Source: an uncultured Actinomycetes bacterium (GTDB lineage Bacteria > Actinomycetota > UBA4738 > HRBIN12). From it: a DNA stretch of 64,000 nt. The position numbers and the translations under genes are program-made. Below are positions 1 to 8,369 of the stretch, one piece after another (the stretch's first letter is position 1; every line of letters begins with the position of its first letter). Under the pieces are notes generated by a model. That model was not told where the DNA came from. It ran no database searches and worked only from the letters and a program-made list of their open reading frames with translations. The stretch is taken from contig CAVZKB010000015.1 in NCBI GenBank assembly GCA_963775755.1, forward strand, positions 131,127 through 195,126. The letters are read 5' to 3'.

Positions 1-1571
1 TGGAGCTCGCTCGTCGTCACGTGCCAGACGCCGGTGTCCGGGTCCTCGTGTCCCGCGGTGTAGCCAACCGCCACCCGAGACGGGAACCCCAGCGTGCGGA
101 GCATCACGGCCATGGCGCTCGCGAACTGCTGACAGAAGCCGCGCTTCGTCGTCGTCAGGAACTCGAGGATCGTGTAGGAGTCGTCGCGGTTCGGGACCGA
201 CTTGTCATACGTGAACTCGGTCGTGTCGCTCAGGTGATCCTGGATGTCGAGGATCCGCTCGTAGTCGTTGGCCGCGCCCTGCGTCCACCGTTCGCCGATC
301 GCCCGGATCCCGGCCGCCACGTCGGGAGGAACGTCCCCGAGCGACGCCGAGGGAACGTCCTGTGCGGGCGGCGGGAAGGCCACGGCCGCCAGCTGCTCGG
401 GCGTGGGCTGCAGGCGGACCGACGTGACGTGGTAGTCGGCGCCTGCGTCGAGCTCGCCGTCGAGCGTGGCCGTTCCGGTCGAGCTGCTGTAGCGGACCGT
501 GGTGTCAGGTACGTCGATCCGTTGCGGCGGGTAGGCGACGGGCAGCCACGAGTACCCGAGGTCGCTCGAGACCGTGAACGTCTGCTCCATGGGCTCGGTT
601 CCCACGACGCCTGCCGAGAGGATCGTGTCGGGCGTCACGGCGTCGCCCGGACCCGTGAGATCGGGCCGCCACGTATCGCCGTCGAACGTCGGCAACGAGA
701 GCATGCGCCAGTACGACGGCGAGTCGGCTTGCACCTGGAAGACCTCGACGGGGTCCTTGCGTGTGAGGCTCGCCTTGATCGAGACCAGCGGGTCGATCCG
801 CACACGATCCGACGCGTTCGTGGAGCTGATGTCGAAGATGGCCTTCGAGCCGAAGCCGGGGACGAGGAACGGCAGGATCACGGCGGTGCCCACGACCGTC
901 GCGGCGACGCGCCGCGCCCCCCGGCTGGCCGTGGCGGAGAGTCGCGCGCGCGAGCCCGGACCGGTCCAGACAGGGCCCCATCCCTGGACCCGACGGAGCG
1001 CGTCGGCGAAGACGACCGCGAGCGCCGCCGCCAGGAACGCGACCCCGTACACGGGCTTGACGAACTCCTCGAGCACGGTGTCGGCGAACGCCAGCATCAC
1101 GATGGGCGGAAGGAGCGCGAGGAGCGGGCTGGCCGCGCGGAATGCGAGCGCGTGACAGGAGAAGATCGCGGCCCACATCGCGACGATCGACGCGAGCATC
1201 AACGGCTTCAGCGGCGGGGCCGGCGCGACCTGGAGCCGGGCTTGTTCACCGACGAGGTGCGAGGCGTCGAACGCGTGCCGTAGCGTGTCGAGGGTCGGGA
1301 GACCGTGCCAGGTCGTCCCCGGGAAGATCAGGAGTCCGATCACCACGGCGAGCACCGCCGTGGACACCAGGATCGCGAGCGGCAGGCTCCGTCGCTCCAA
1401 GGCGGCCGCGACCAGCGCCGACGCCAGGGCGACACCCATCAGGCGCCAGGTCGAGCCGTGCCCGTCGAACACCCGACCGAATGCGAACGCGGTGGTGACC
1501 GCGATCGCGCAGACAGCCAGGAGCGCGATCAGCCGCTGTGTGCGAGGCGACGTTCCTTGGGGGCGTGCCAT
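1..1571 (-). CDS. Transglutaminase-like domain membrane protein (DUF3488/TgpA-like), C-terminally truncated by window edge
   Basis: Hand translation of the minus strand in the phase complementary to + ORF 21..1283 (first positions of that + ORF are G/C-rich, so the true GC3 phase is on the minus strand). ATG at 1571..1569. N-terminus is hydrophobic: MARPQGTSPRTQRLIALLAVCAIAVTTAFAFGRVF... A Cys-containing transglutaminase core follows: ...TTTKRGFCQQFASAMAVMLRTLGFPSRVAVGY. Overlaps the DUF58 stop by about 40 nt. Missing from the ORF track because no stop codon falls inside the window. Confidence 0.7.
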   Translation of the reverse strand, partial: MARPQGTSPRTQRLIALLAVCAIAVTTAFAFGRVFDGHGSTWRLMGVALASALVAAALERRSLPLAILVSTAVLAVVIGLLIFPGTTWHGLPTLDTLRHAFDASHLVGEQARLQVAPAPPLKPLMLASIVAMWAAIFSCHALAFRAASPLLALLPPIVMLAFADTVLEEFVKPVYGVAFLAAALAVVFADALRRVQGWGPVWTGPGSRARLSATASRGARRVAATVVGTAVILPFLVPGFGSKAIFDISSTNASDRVRIDPLVSIKASLTRKDPVEVFQVQADSPSYWRMLSLPTFDGDTWRPDLTGPGDAVTPDTILSAGVVGTEPMEQTFTVSSDLGYSWLPVAYPPQRIDVPDTTVRYSSSTGTATLDGELDAGADYHVTSVRLQPTPEQLAAVAFPPPAQDVPSASLGDVPPDVAAGIRAIGERWTQGAANDYERILDIQDHLSDTTEFTYDKSVPNRDDSYTILEFLTTTKRGFCQQFASAMAVMLRTLGFPSRVAVGYTAGHEDPDTGVWHVTTSEL

Positions 1572-2758
1572 CTGTCCTTCAGGCGCATGGACGGGGGAAG
1601 GATGATGCAGTCCCATCCGGCGCGGGTCAGGGCGAGCCGGGCTTGCGTAGCCCGTCCCTCCAGTTGTGCCTGCCGCTCCGGCGGCAGGCTGTCGGGGTCG
1701 AGGGGGTACACCAGGACGGCGAGTTTCGGGCCGAACCCGGCGCCGCTGCGGATCATGGACGTGAGCTCGATCGGCTGAGGTGGCGCCGCCACGACGACGA
1801 GGGTGGTGTCGCCCGACGCCGCGGCGCGAAGGTACGACAACGTCGGCCCGATCGATCGCACCGGCGAGTGTGCGACGCTCGTCAGCGCCTCGAGGAACCG
1901 TTCCTCGGAAAGCGTCGCGGGCGGCGTGTCGGCGGTTGCCAAGCGCAGGGCGAAGCCACCACGCGAGAGCACGACCCCGAGGGTCGCCGCGATCGAGACC
2001 GCGCGCTCGAAGGCCTGGCCGTGCGCCTGGCCGAGGGCGCCCTCACGGGAATCCAGGAACACCAGACCGTTGGCTCGTCGGGACGACTCGTCCTGGCGGA
2101 TCATCAGCTCACCGGTGCGGGCCACGCTCGGCCAGTGGATCCTGCGGAGATCGTCGCCCTCGTTGTACTGGCGCATCGTGTAGTACTCCTGCCCGGTCCG
2201 GAACAGGTTCCGGGTACGTGAGGCGCCGGCGTTCGCGCCGAACGCCGCGTCCGGGGTGCCGGTCAGGTCCTCGATCTCGGGGGTCACGATCAGGTCCTCT
2301 CGTTCGTCGAACTCGAGCCGCTGACGGACCAGCGCGAACGGGTCGGAGACGTCGATCGAGAGCGGTCCCAGCTGATACCGACCGCGGGTCTGCGGCAGGA
2401 CGGTGTAGGTGACCGTTTGGGTGCCGTGTGCGGGGATGCCCGAGACGACGAGCCTGGCCGGGCGACCGAGCGCGGATGGGAGCATGTCCTCGAGTAGCAG
2501 GAACGACGTGGCGGCGGTGGATCGGTTCTCGACGTCGATCTGCACCGTGACGCGGGTTCCGGGGGCGACGCGGACGTCGGACAGACGCCGATGCACGGCG
2601 ATCTTCTGGCGACCCCAACGGACGAAGAGTGCGGCGACTGCCGGCAAGGCCGCGAGCCCGAGCGCGACGACCTCGAGGCCGGGCGACCCGATGATCCGCG
2701 CGGTCAGCCACATCGCGAGACCGGTTAGGAGGACGGCCACACCGCGGCCGGATGGCAT
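1529..2758 (-). CDS. DUF58 domain protein (MoxR-associated)
   Basis: ORF 1529..3343 trimmed to the internal ATG at 2758 ([18 protein letters not shown]...). That ATG overlaps the moxR stop as TGATG. Two predicted TM helices precede the conserved DUF58 core (...RQRLEFDEREDLIVTPEIEDL..., ...RRIHWPSVARTGELMIRQ...). The 5' 195 codons of the listed ORF lie antisense to moxR and are not coding. Confidence 0.8.
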   Translation of the reverse strand: MPSGRGVAVLLTGLAMWLTARIIGSPGLEVVALGLAALPAVAALFVRWGRQKIAVHRRLSDVRVAPGTRVTVQIDVENRSTAATSFLLLEDMLPSALGRPARLVVSGIPAHGTQTVTYTVLPQTRGRYQLGPLSIDVSDPFALVRQRLEFDEREDLIVTPEIEDLTGTPDAAFGANAGASRTRNLFRTGQEYYTMRQYNEGDDLRRIHWPSVARTGELMIRQDESSRRANGLVFLDSREGALGQAHGQAFERAVSIAATLGVVLSRGGFALRLATADTPPATLSEERFLEALTSVAHSPVRSIGPTLSYLRAAASGDTTLVVVAAPPQPIELTSMIRSGAGFGPKLAVLVYPLDPDSLPPERQAQLEGRATQARLALTRAGWDCIILPPSMRLKDRWHAPKERRLAHSG

Positions 2759-3729
2759 CAGGGGTTCTCCGCGACCGGGACCGGAACCTCCGAGAGGATC
2801 TCCTCCAGGATGACCTGGGGAGAACGGCCGCTCATGACGGCGTCCGCCGTCACGATGATCCGGTGCGCGAGCGCCGGGACGGCGAGCGCCTTCACGTCGT
2901 CGGGGATCACGTAGTCGCGCTCGTCGGCGGCGGCCATGGCTCTGGACGCGCGGAGGATCATGATGGATGCGCGAGGGCTCGCCCCGAGATACATGTCGGA
3001 GTGCCTGCGGGTGGCGAGCACCAGGTCGACGATGTAGCGCCGGATCGCGGGAGCCACGTGGACGCGCTGGGCCTGCAGGATCATCTCGGCCACCCCGAGG
3101 GCGTCGTTCACGGGTCCGATGTCGGTGAGCGGCGTACCGGAGCTGTGGCTCATGAGGATCTCCGTCTCCACCTCGACGGTCGGGTAGCCGATCGACAGCC
3201 GGAGCATGAACCGGTCGAGCTGCGCTTCGGGCAACGGGTACGTGCCCTCGTGCTCGATCGGGTTCTGCGTCGCGATCACCATGAACGGCGTCCCGAGCGG
3301 ATGGGTCTCGGTGTCCACCGTGACCTGCCGCTCCTCCATGCATTCCAGCAGAGCCGACTGCGTCTTGGGGCTCGCGCGGTTGATCTCGTCGCCGAGGACG
3401 ATGTTCGCGAAGATGGCGCCCGGCTTGAACTCGAAGTCACCGCGCTCCTGGTTGAACACGTTCACTCCGGTGACGTCGGTCGGGAGCAGGTCCGGCGTGA
3501 ACTGGATCCGGCGGAACGAACAATCGATGGAGCGGGCGATCGCCTTCGCGAGCATCGTCTTGCCCACACCCGGTACGTCTTCGATCAGCAGATGCCCCTC
3601 GGCCACCAGCGCGACGAGCGCCAAACGGATCTCGTCGTGCTTCCCGCGCACGACACGCTCGACGTTGGTCTCGATCTCGTGGAAGCTCGCGGCGAATCGT
3701 TGCCAATCCTGTTGCTGTCGAACCTCCAA
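2758..3729 (-). CDS. moxR: MoxR-family AAA+ ATPase
   Basis: 323 aa. Walker A GVGKT, Walker B DEINRA, and the typical MoxR length and motifs (...VIATQNP..., ...[13 protein letters not shown]...). Confidence 0.9.
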   Translation of the reverse strand: MEVRQQQDWQRFAASFHEIETNVERVVRGKHDEIRLALVALVAEGHLLIEDVPGVGKTMLAKAIARSIDCSFRRIQFTPDLLPTDVTGVNVFNQERGDFEFKPGAIFANIVLGDEINRASPKTQSALLECMEERQVTVDTETHPLGTPFMVIATQNPIEHEGTYPLPEAQLDRFMLRLSIGYPTVEVETEILMSHSSGTPLTDIGPVNDALGVAEMILQAQRVHVAPAIRRYIVDLVLATRRHSDMYLGASPRASIMILRASRAMAAADERDYVIPDDVKALAVPALAHRIIVTADAVMSGRSPQVILEEILSEVPVPVAENP

Positions 3730-3850
3730 CGGGTACCTCCGGGACTCAGGCGAACTCTCGCGTGCCAGGGTGCAACCATCTTACGGCCGCCTTTTCGCTG
3801 CAGCTTCGCACGAACGCCTCGGCGAGTTCTACGGTCGGAAACGACGGCAA

Positions 3851-3941
3851 GTTCCCGGAAACCGCGGGAAACCCCTCCGAGACGGTCCTGCGGAGGACGC
3901 CGCGACCGAGCGAACGGGTTCCCGGGGAGGCGGGAACCCGT
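3851..3941. promoter_or_regulatory. Two related inverted-repeat elements in the moxR/HNH divergent spacer
   Basis: 3852-3871 is GTTCCCGG-aaaccg-CGGGAAAC, an imperfect inverted repeat. 3914-3941 is ACGGGTTCCCG-GGGAGG-CGGGAACCCGT, a perfect 11-bp inverted repeat with a 6-bp spacer. Both lie 120-210 bp upstream of the moxR start (3729) inside an unusually long 400-bp non-coding spacer. Confidence 0.4.
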
Positions 3942-4130
3942 CGGGTGAAACGACGAGCCGGCCCGGCCGGCGGACGCCCCGCGCGGCCCCTGTTCGCAAA
4001 CTCCAGGCATCTCGGCCGAGCCGACCCGTCGTGTCCTTCGCAAGATTACACGCGTGTGATTCGATGCGCCAGGGGGGCGTGCGCCCGATGGACGGACCGA
4101 AAGCCGAAGCTGGCCGCTAGACTGGGCCGC

Positions 4131-4613
4131 ATGGGTCGAGCCCTCGTGCTCAACGCGTCCGATTCGCCCCTCGCGGTTGTTCCCGCGCGCCGTGCTGTGG
4201 TGTTGGTTCTGAAGGAGAAGGCTGAGGTCATCGTCTCGAACGGGATGGTGTTCCGGTCGGCGACGATCTCGATGGAAGCTCCCTCCGTCGTTCGGCTCCG
4301 CCGGTACGTCCGTGTCCCCTACCGGCCGCACGCGCCGCTCACTCGGCGCGCGGTGTTCGCGCGCGACGAGTGGACGTGCCAGTACTGCACAGCGCCCGCG
4401 GAGAACCTCGACCACGTGATCCCTCGTTCCCGCGGAGGCACGCACACGTGGGAGAACGTCGTGGCGGCCTGCCGGCGATGCAACGCCAAGAAGGAGAACC
4501 GTACGCCGCAGGAGGCGGGGTTCGCGCTGGCTCGCCGCCCGTACGCGCCCACCGACGGCTTCCGTCTGACGCTCGGCCGGCTCGAGCCCGGCTGGGAGAC
4601 CTACCTGACGTAG
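4131..4613 (+). CDS. HNH endonuclease family protein
   Basis: ORF 3762..4613 trimmed to ATG 4131 (MGRALVLNASDSPLAVVPARRAV...). HNH motif: C-x2-C ... DHVIPRSRGGTHTWENVVAACRRCN. The upstream part of the listed ORF is low-complexity Arg/Pro-rich and non-coding. Confidence 0.8.
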   Translation: MGRALVLNASDSPLAVVPARRAVVLVLKEKAEVIVSNGMVFRSATISMEAPSVVRLRRYVRVPYRPHAPLTRRAVFARDEWTCQYCTAPAENLDHVIPRSRGGTHTWENVVAACRRCNAKKENRTPQEAGFALARRPYAPTDGFRLTLGRLEPGWETYLT

Positions 4614-4691
4614 GTCGCTGCGCCGCTTCACCGTCTGGGCCGCACTCCCTCGAACGATCCTCCGCAACCAACCCACCTTTCCGTTGCTCCG

Positions 4692-4740
4692 TTGTTGACC
4701 AAGTGGAGTAATAGTGGCATAAAGGTGGACCAAAGTGGAG
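4692..4740 (+). promoter_or_regulatory. mraZ/dcw promoter with an MraZ-box direct-repeat array
   Basis: -35-like TTGACC at 4695-4700. Four direct repeats of (A/G)GTGG(A/C) at 4703, 4714, 4725 and 4735, spaced 11, 11 and 10 bp (aAGTGGAGtaatAGTGGCAtaaaGGTGGACcaaAGTGGAG). This lies immediately upstream of the mraZ start and SD (GGGGAGGAGG). Confidence 0.55.
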
Positions 4741-4755
4741 GAAAGGGGAGGAGGC

Positions 4756-5190
4756 GTGGCCGAACTGCTCGGCACGCACAGCTATCAGCTCGACCCCAAG
4801 GGCAGGGTGTCGTTGCCAGGGCGCTTCCGCGAAGCGTTCGCGGACGGCGTCTGGTTGACCATCGGCCAGGACGGCTGCCTGTTCTGCTTCCCCAGGGTCG
4901 AGTGGGAGCGACGCTCCGATGAGGTCGCGTCCTCCCCCCTTTCCGATGCCGACGGCCGCGCGTACTCGCGTCAGTTCTTCGGCTCATCGGATGAGGCGAA
5001 GCTCGACGGACAGGGAAGGGTGACGATCCCGCAGCGTTTGCGGGACGCCGTCGGCATCGACAAGGAAGTGGTGGTGCTCGGCGTTCGGGACCGGATGGAG
5101 ATCTGGGATCGCGAGGCCTACGACCGCTACACGGACCGGTACGCAGCGGCCTATCAGGCCGGCGACCTCGACCCCAGGAGGACCACGTGA
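4756..5190 (+). CDS. mraZ: Transcriptional regulator MraZ
   Basis: Tandem-repeat MraZ fold with two DxxxR-type repeats ([18 protein letters not shown]... and [14 protein letters not shown]...). GTG at 4756 preferred over the listed 4735 because the SD GGAGGAGG sits 4-10 nt upstream. 4735 cannot be excluded. Confidence 0.85.
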   Translation: MAELLGTHSYQLDPKGRVSLPGRFREAFADGVWLTIGQDGCLFCFPRVEWERRSDEVASSPLSDADGRAYSRQFFGSSDEAKLDGQGRVTIPQRLRDAVGIDKEVVVLGVRDRMEIWDREAYDRYTDRYAAAYQAGDLDPRRTT

Positions 5191-5299
5191 CGCCGAACAA
5201 GCTCGGGACCGAAGTGCGACAGAGCCTCTCCCTCCTCGCGATGGCGGCACTCACGCTGCTCGCCTCCGTCGGCATCGGTGTGCTCGCGGGTCACATCGG

Positions 5300-6172
5300 G
5301 TGACGGTGGCGGACGCGTCGCACGACCCTGTCATGGTGCGAGAGGTGATCGGGTTCCTCGGGGGAAGGGGAACCGTGGTCGACATGACGCTCGGCGCCGG
5401 CGGTCATGCCCAGGCGCTCCTGTCTGCCGGCGTGGGCAGGCTGGTGGGCATCGATCGCGATCCCTCCGCCCTCGCGCTCGCGGGAGAGCGGCTCGCGGAG
5501 TTCGGGGCCCGGTTCCAGCCGGTCCGTGCGCGTTTCTCCGAGGTGGATGAGGAGATCGTCGACGGGCCCGTCGACGGCGTGCTCTTCGACCTCGGGGTCT
5601 CCTCTATGCAGCTCGACCGGCCGGAGCGGGGGTTCAGCTACCGGGAGGACGGGCCCCTCGACATGCGGATGGGCGACGAGGGCACGACCGCGGCCGAACT
5701 CGTGAACGGCCTGCCCGAACGGGAGCTCGCCGATGTGATCTTCGAGTACGGACAGGAGCCGAAGTCGCGCCGCATCGCCGCCGCCATCGTCCGCGCGCGC
5801 TCGCGCGCGCCGATCGAGAGCACCGACGAGCTGGCCGGCATCGTCGTGGGCGCCGTGGGACGACGTCCGGGGGGCCCCCACCCCGCGCGTCGGACGTTCC
5901 AGGCGCTCCGCATCGCGGTCAACCGGGAGATCGAGGAGCTCGCCGCCTCCCTGCCTCAGGCGGTCGACCTCCTCGCTCCCGGGGGCCGCGTGGTCGTCCT
6001 CGCGTACCACTCACTCGAGGATCGCATCGTGAAGAGGACGTTCCGTGAGAGCGCCCGCCTCGCGATCTTGACGAAGAAGCCACTGCAACCGTCCGAAGCC
6101 GAGATCGCGCTGAACCCGCGCGCACGGAGCGCGAAGCTTCGCGCAGCCGAACGGGTCGAGGAGGCGGCGTGA
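5300..6172 (+). CDS. rsmH: 16S rRNA (cytosine1402-N4)-methyltransferase RsmH/MraW
   Basis: 290 aa. SAM-binding motifs ([26 protein letters not shown]) and the C-terminal RsmH signature ([13 protein letters not shown]). Confidence 0.9.
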   Translation: MTVADASHDPVMVREVIGFLGGRGTVVDMTLGAGGHAQALLSAGVGRLVGIDRDPSALALAGERLAEFGARFQPVRARFSEVDEEIVDGPVDGVLFDLGVSSMQLDRPERGFSYREDGPLDMRMGDEGTTAAELVNGLPERELADVIFEYGQEPKSRRIAAAIVRARSRAPIESTDELAGIVVGAVGRRPGGPHPARRTFQALRIAVNREIEELAASLPQAVDLLAPGGRVVVLAYHSLEDRIVKRTFRESARLAILTKKPLQPSEAEIALNPRARSAKLRAAERVEEAA

Positions 6173-6654
6173 GCATCCCCGCGCGAGAGATCGAGCCTGC
6201 GCCGTCGCTCGATCCGAAGCTCGATCCGAATCTTTGGCCCGAAGGATGGGCGCTGGCGAAACCCGAACCCGCGGACCGCGCCGAACGTGCCGCCCCTCCC
6301 GCGCGGACGCCCGCGGCGCGCCCGCCCACCGATGCTCCTTCCCAACCTCGGCAGGCGCGCCGCGGCCTCCACACGACGTTCATGGTGTTCGCCTCGATCG
6401 TCATCGTCCTGCTGGTGTTGGGTGTCGTGGCGATGAACGCGTTGTTCGCGCAGACGGCCTTCGCGGTCCACTCGACCCAAGCGCAGGTGGCGGACCTGGC
6501 GGAGCAGCACGACGTGCTCGCGACCGATGTCGCACGCCTGTCCTCGCCCAGCAGGATCGCCGGATGGGCCGAGCGCTACCAGATGGTGCTGCCGGATGAC
6601 GTGGTCATCCTCCGCGTGCCGCGGTTCGGACGCGTCCTCTCGGTGAACCCATGA
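6169..6654 (+). CDS. ftsL: FtsL-like cell division membrane protein
   Basis: Position between rsmH and ftsI. Single TM ([25 protein letters not shown]) followed by a coiled-coil-like periplasmic segment. Pro/Ala-rich N-terminus is typical of actinobacterial FtsL. Overlaps rsmH (ATGA) and ftsI. Confidence 0.6.
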   Translation: MSIPAREIEPAPSLDPKLDPNLWPEGWALAKPEPADRAERAAPPARTPAARPPTDAPSQPRQARRGLHTTFMVFASIVIVLLVLGVVAMNALFAQTAFAVHSTQAQVADLAEQHDVLATDVARLSSPSRIAGWAERYQMVLPDDVVILRVPRFGRVLSVNP

Positions 6655-8369
6655 GGCTTCGGGCGGGGCGGCGTCTCGTGGCGCTGCTCGCGCTCATGCT
6701 GTTGGCGTTCGGCAGCATCGCGGCCCGGCTCACGGTGCTTCAGGTCGGAGATCACCGGTCGCTCGAGGCGCTCGGGCTGGACCAGCGGATGAGAACGTTC
6801 GAGCTTCCCGCCGCCAGGGGACAGATCCTGGACCGCCGAGGCGTGCCGCTCGGGATCACGCTCGACGCCCGTGACATCTACGCCAACCCCTCCCTGGTCA
6901 CCGACCCAGCGGGGGAGGCGGCCCAACTCGCCGAGGCGCTCGGTGAGCGTCCCAAGCAGGTCCTGCCGGCGCTCGAAGCCGACGGGACGTTCGCGTACGT
7001 GGCGAGGCAGGTCGACCTGTACATGGCACAGCGTGTGGAAGACCTCCAATTGCCGGGCATCGGCTTCCTTTCGGTCGCCAAGCGCTACTACCCTGCCGGC
7101 GCGCTCGCGCCGGCGGTGATCGGGTTCGTGGGCGTCGACGGCTCGGGGCTCGCGGGCCTCGAGGCCGAGTACGACTCGGAGCTCGCCGGCGTGCCGGGGG
7201 AGCGGACGTTCGAACAGAGCGCCGGGCAGCCCATCGCGCAAGGCATCGACGTGGTGAAGGAGCCCGTCGAAGGCACCAACCTGCGAACGACGTTGGATCG
7301 CGACATGCAGTACCAGGCGCAGGAGGCGCTCAAGGAAGCGGTCGAGGCGAACGGCGCCAAGTCGGGCACCGTCATCGTGATGGACGTGCGCACCGGCGAT
7401 ATCTACGCCATGGCCAGCTATCCCTGGTTCGACCCGAACAACTACGCGCACGTGGCGGCGAACGATCCCGCCCGTCTGCGGAACCCGGCCGTCACCGATG
7501 CGTTCGAGCCGGGCTCGGTGAACAAGGTGATCACGGCCGCCGCCGCGATCGAGTCCGGGACCGTGTCGATCACGCAGCGGTTCCGGGTGCCGGATTCGAT
7601 GCGGGTCGATCAGTACACGATCCACGACTCGCACACGCACCCGATCGAGACCATGACACTCGCGGACATCGTGGCCGAGTCCAGCAACATCGGGATGGCC
7701 AAGGTGGGCAGCCTGGTGGGGAAGACGACGCTCGCCTCCTACCTCAACCGGTTCGGTTTCGGCCGGACGACGGGTCTCGGGTTCCCCGGCGAGTCCCGAG
7801 GTATCGTCCCGGCGCTCTCGGACTGGAGCGACGCAACCCTTGCCACCATCTCCTATGGACAGGGCGTGAGCGTCACGCCGCTGCAGATGGCGTCGGTCTA
7901 CGCGACGGTAGCGAACGGCGGCGTCTGGGTGCGCCCGAGGTTGGTGAGCGGAACCGTGGACGGCTCGGGAACGTTCTCGCCCACGCCCGCATCGCCGACG
8001 AAACGGGTCCTGCAGCCGGCGACGGCGTCCATCCTCGCGCAGATGCTCGCCTACGTGGTCGAGGGCGGGACCGGGACCAGCGCCCAGATCCCCGGTTACC
8101 AGGTCGCCGGCAAGACCGGAACGGCGCTGAAGCCGGCTCCGACCGGCGGCTACTACTCGGACCGCTACGTCGCCTCGTTCATCGGATTCCTGCCCGCCGG
8201 GGACCCGAGGATCGTGGTCGCGGCGATCCTCGATGAGCCCGCCACGATCTACGGCGGCGTCGCCGCGGCTCCGTTGTTCCAGCAGGTCGCGCAGAACGCG
8301 ATCCAACTGCTGGGGATCCCGACCGCGCCTCCCGTGGGGCTCCCACCCCACGTGCTCGGACGGCCATGA
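6651..8369 (+). CDS. ftsI: Penicillin-binding protein / peptidoglycan D,D-transpeptidase FtsI
   Basis: 572 aa. N-terminal TM, PBP dimerisation domain, and transpeptidase motifs SVNK (ESGTVS..FEPGSVNKV), SxN and KTGT (AGKTGTA). Confidence 0.9.
   Translation: MRLRAGRRLVALLALMLLAFGSIAARLTVLQVGDHRSLEALGLDQRMRTFELPAARGQILDRRGVPLGITLDARDIYANPSLVTDPAGEAAQLAEALGERPKQVLPALEADGTFAYVARQVDLYMAQRVEDLQLPGIGFLSVAKRYYPAGALAPAVIGFVGVDGSGLAGLEAEYDSELAGVPGERTFEQSAGQPIAQGIDVVKEPVEGTNLRTTLDRDMQYQAQEALKEAVEANGAKSGTVIVMDVRTGDIYAMASYPWFDPNNYAHVAANDPARLRNPAVTDAFEPGSVNKVITAAAAIESGTVSITQRFRVPDSMRVDQYTIHDSHTHPIETMTLADIVAESSNIGMAKVGSLVGKTTLASYLNRFGFGRTTGLGFPGESRGIVPALSDWSDATLATISYGQGVSVTPLQMASVYATVANGGVWVRPRLVSGTVDGSGTFSPTPASPTKRVLQPATASILAQMLAYVVEGGTGTSAQIPGYQVAGKTGTALKPAPTGGYYSDRYVASFIGFLPAGDPRIVVAAILDEPATIYGGVAAAPLFQQVAQNAIQLLGIPTAPPVGLPPHVLGRP

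Noticed and set aside
21-1283. 420-aa + strand ORF (Arg/Asp-rich, low complexity)
   Set aside because: It is the antisense shadow of the minus-strand transglutaminase-like gene. First codon positions of this ORF are G/C-rich, which means the real GC3 phase is on the opposite strand. The product has no recognisable domain.
3585-4775. 396-aa minus-strand ORF spanning the moxR upstream region, the HNH gene and the mraZ promoter
   Set aside because: It overlaps the well-supported HNH endonuclease and the non-coding spacer. The product is Arg/Pro-rich with no domain. Typical GC-rich antisense ORF.
5278-5550. 90-aa Gly/Arg-rich ORF overlapping the rsmH 5' end
   Set aside because: Out-of-phase shadow of rsmH. 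While checking it I found a 1-nt discrepancy between my hand count and the ORF-track coordinates around 5280-5340. I kept the ORF-track numbering.
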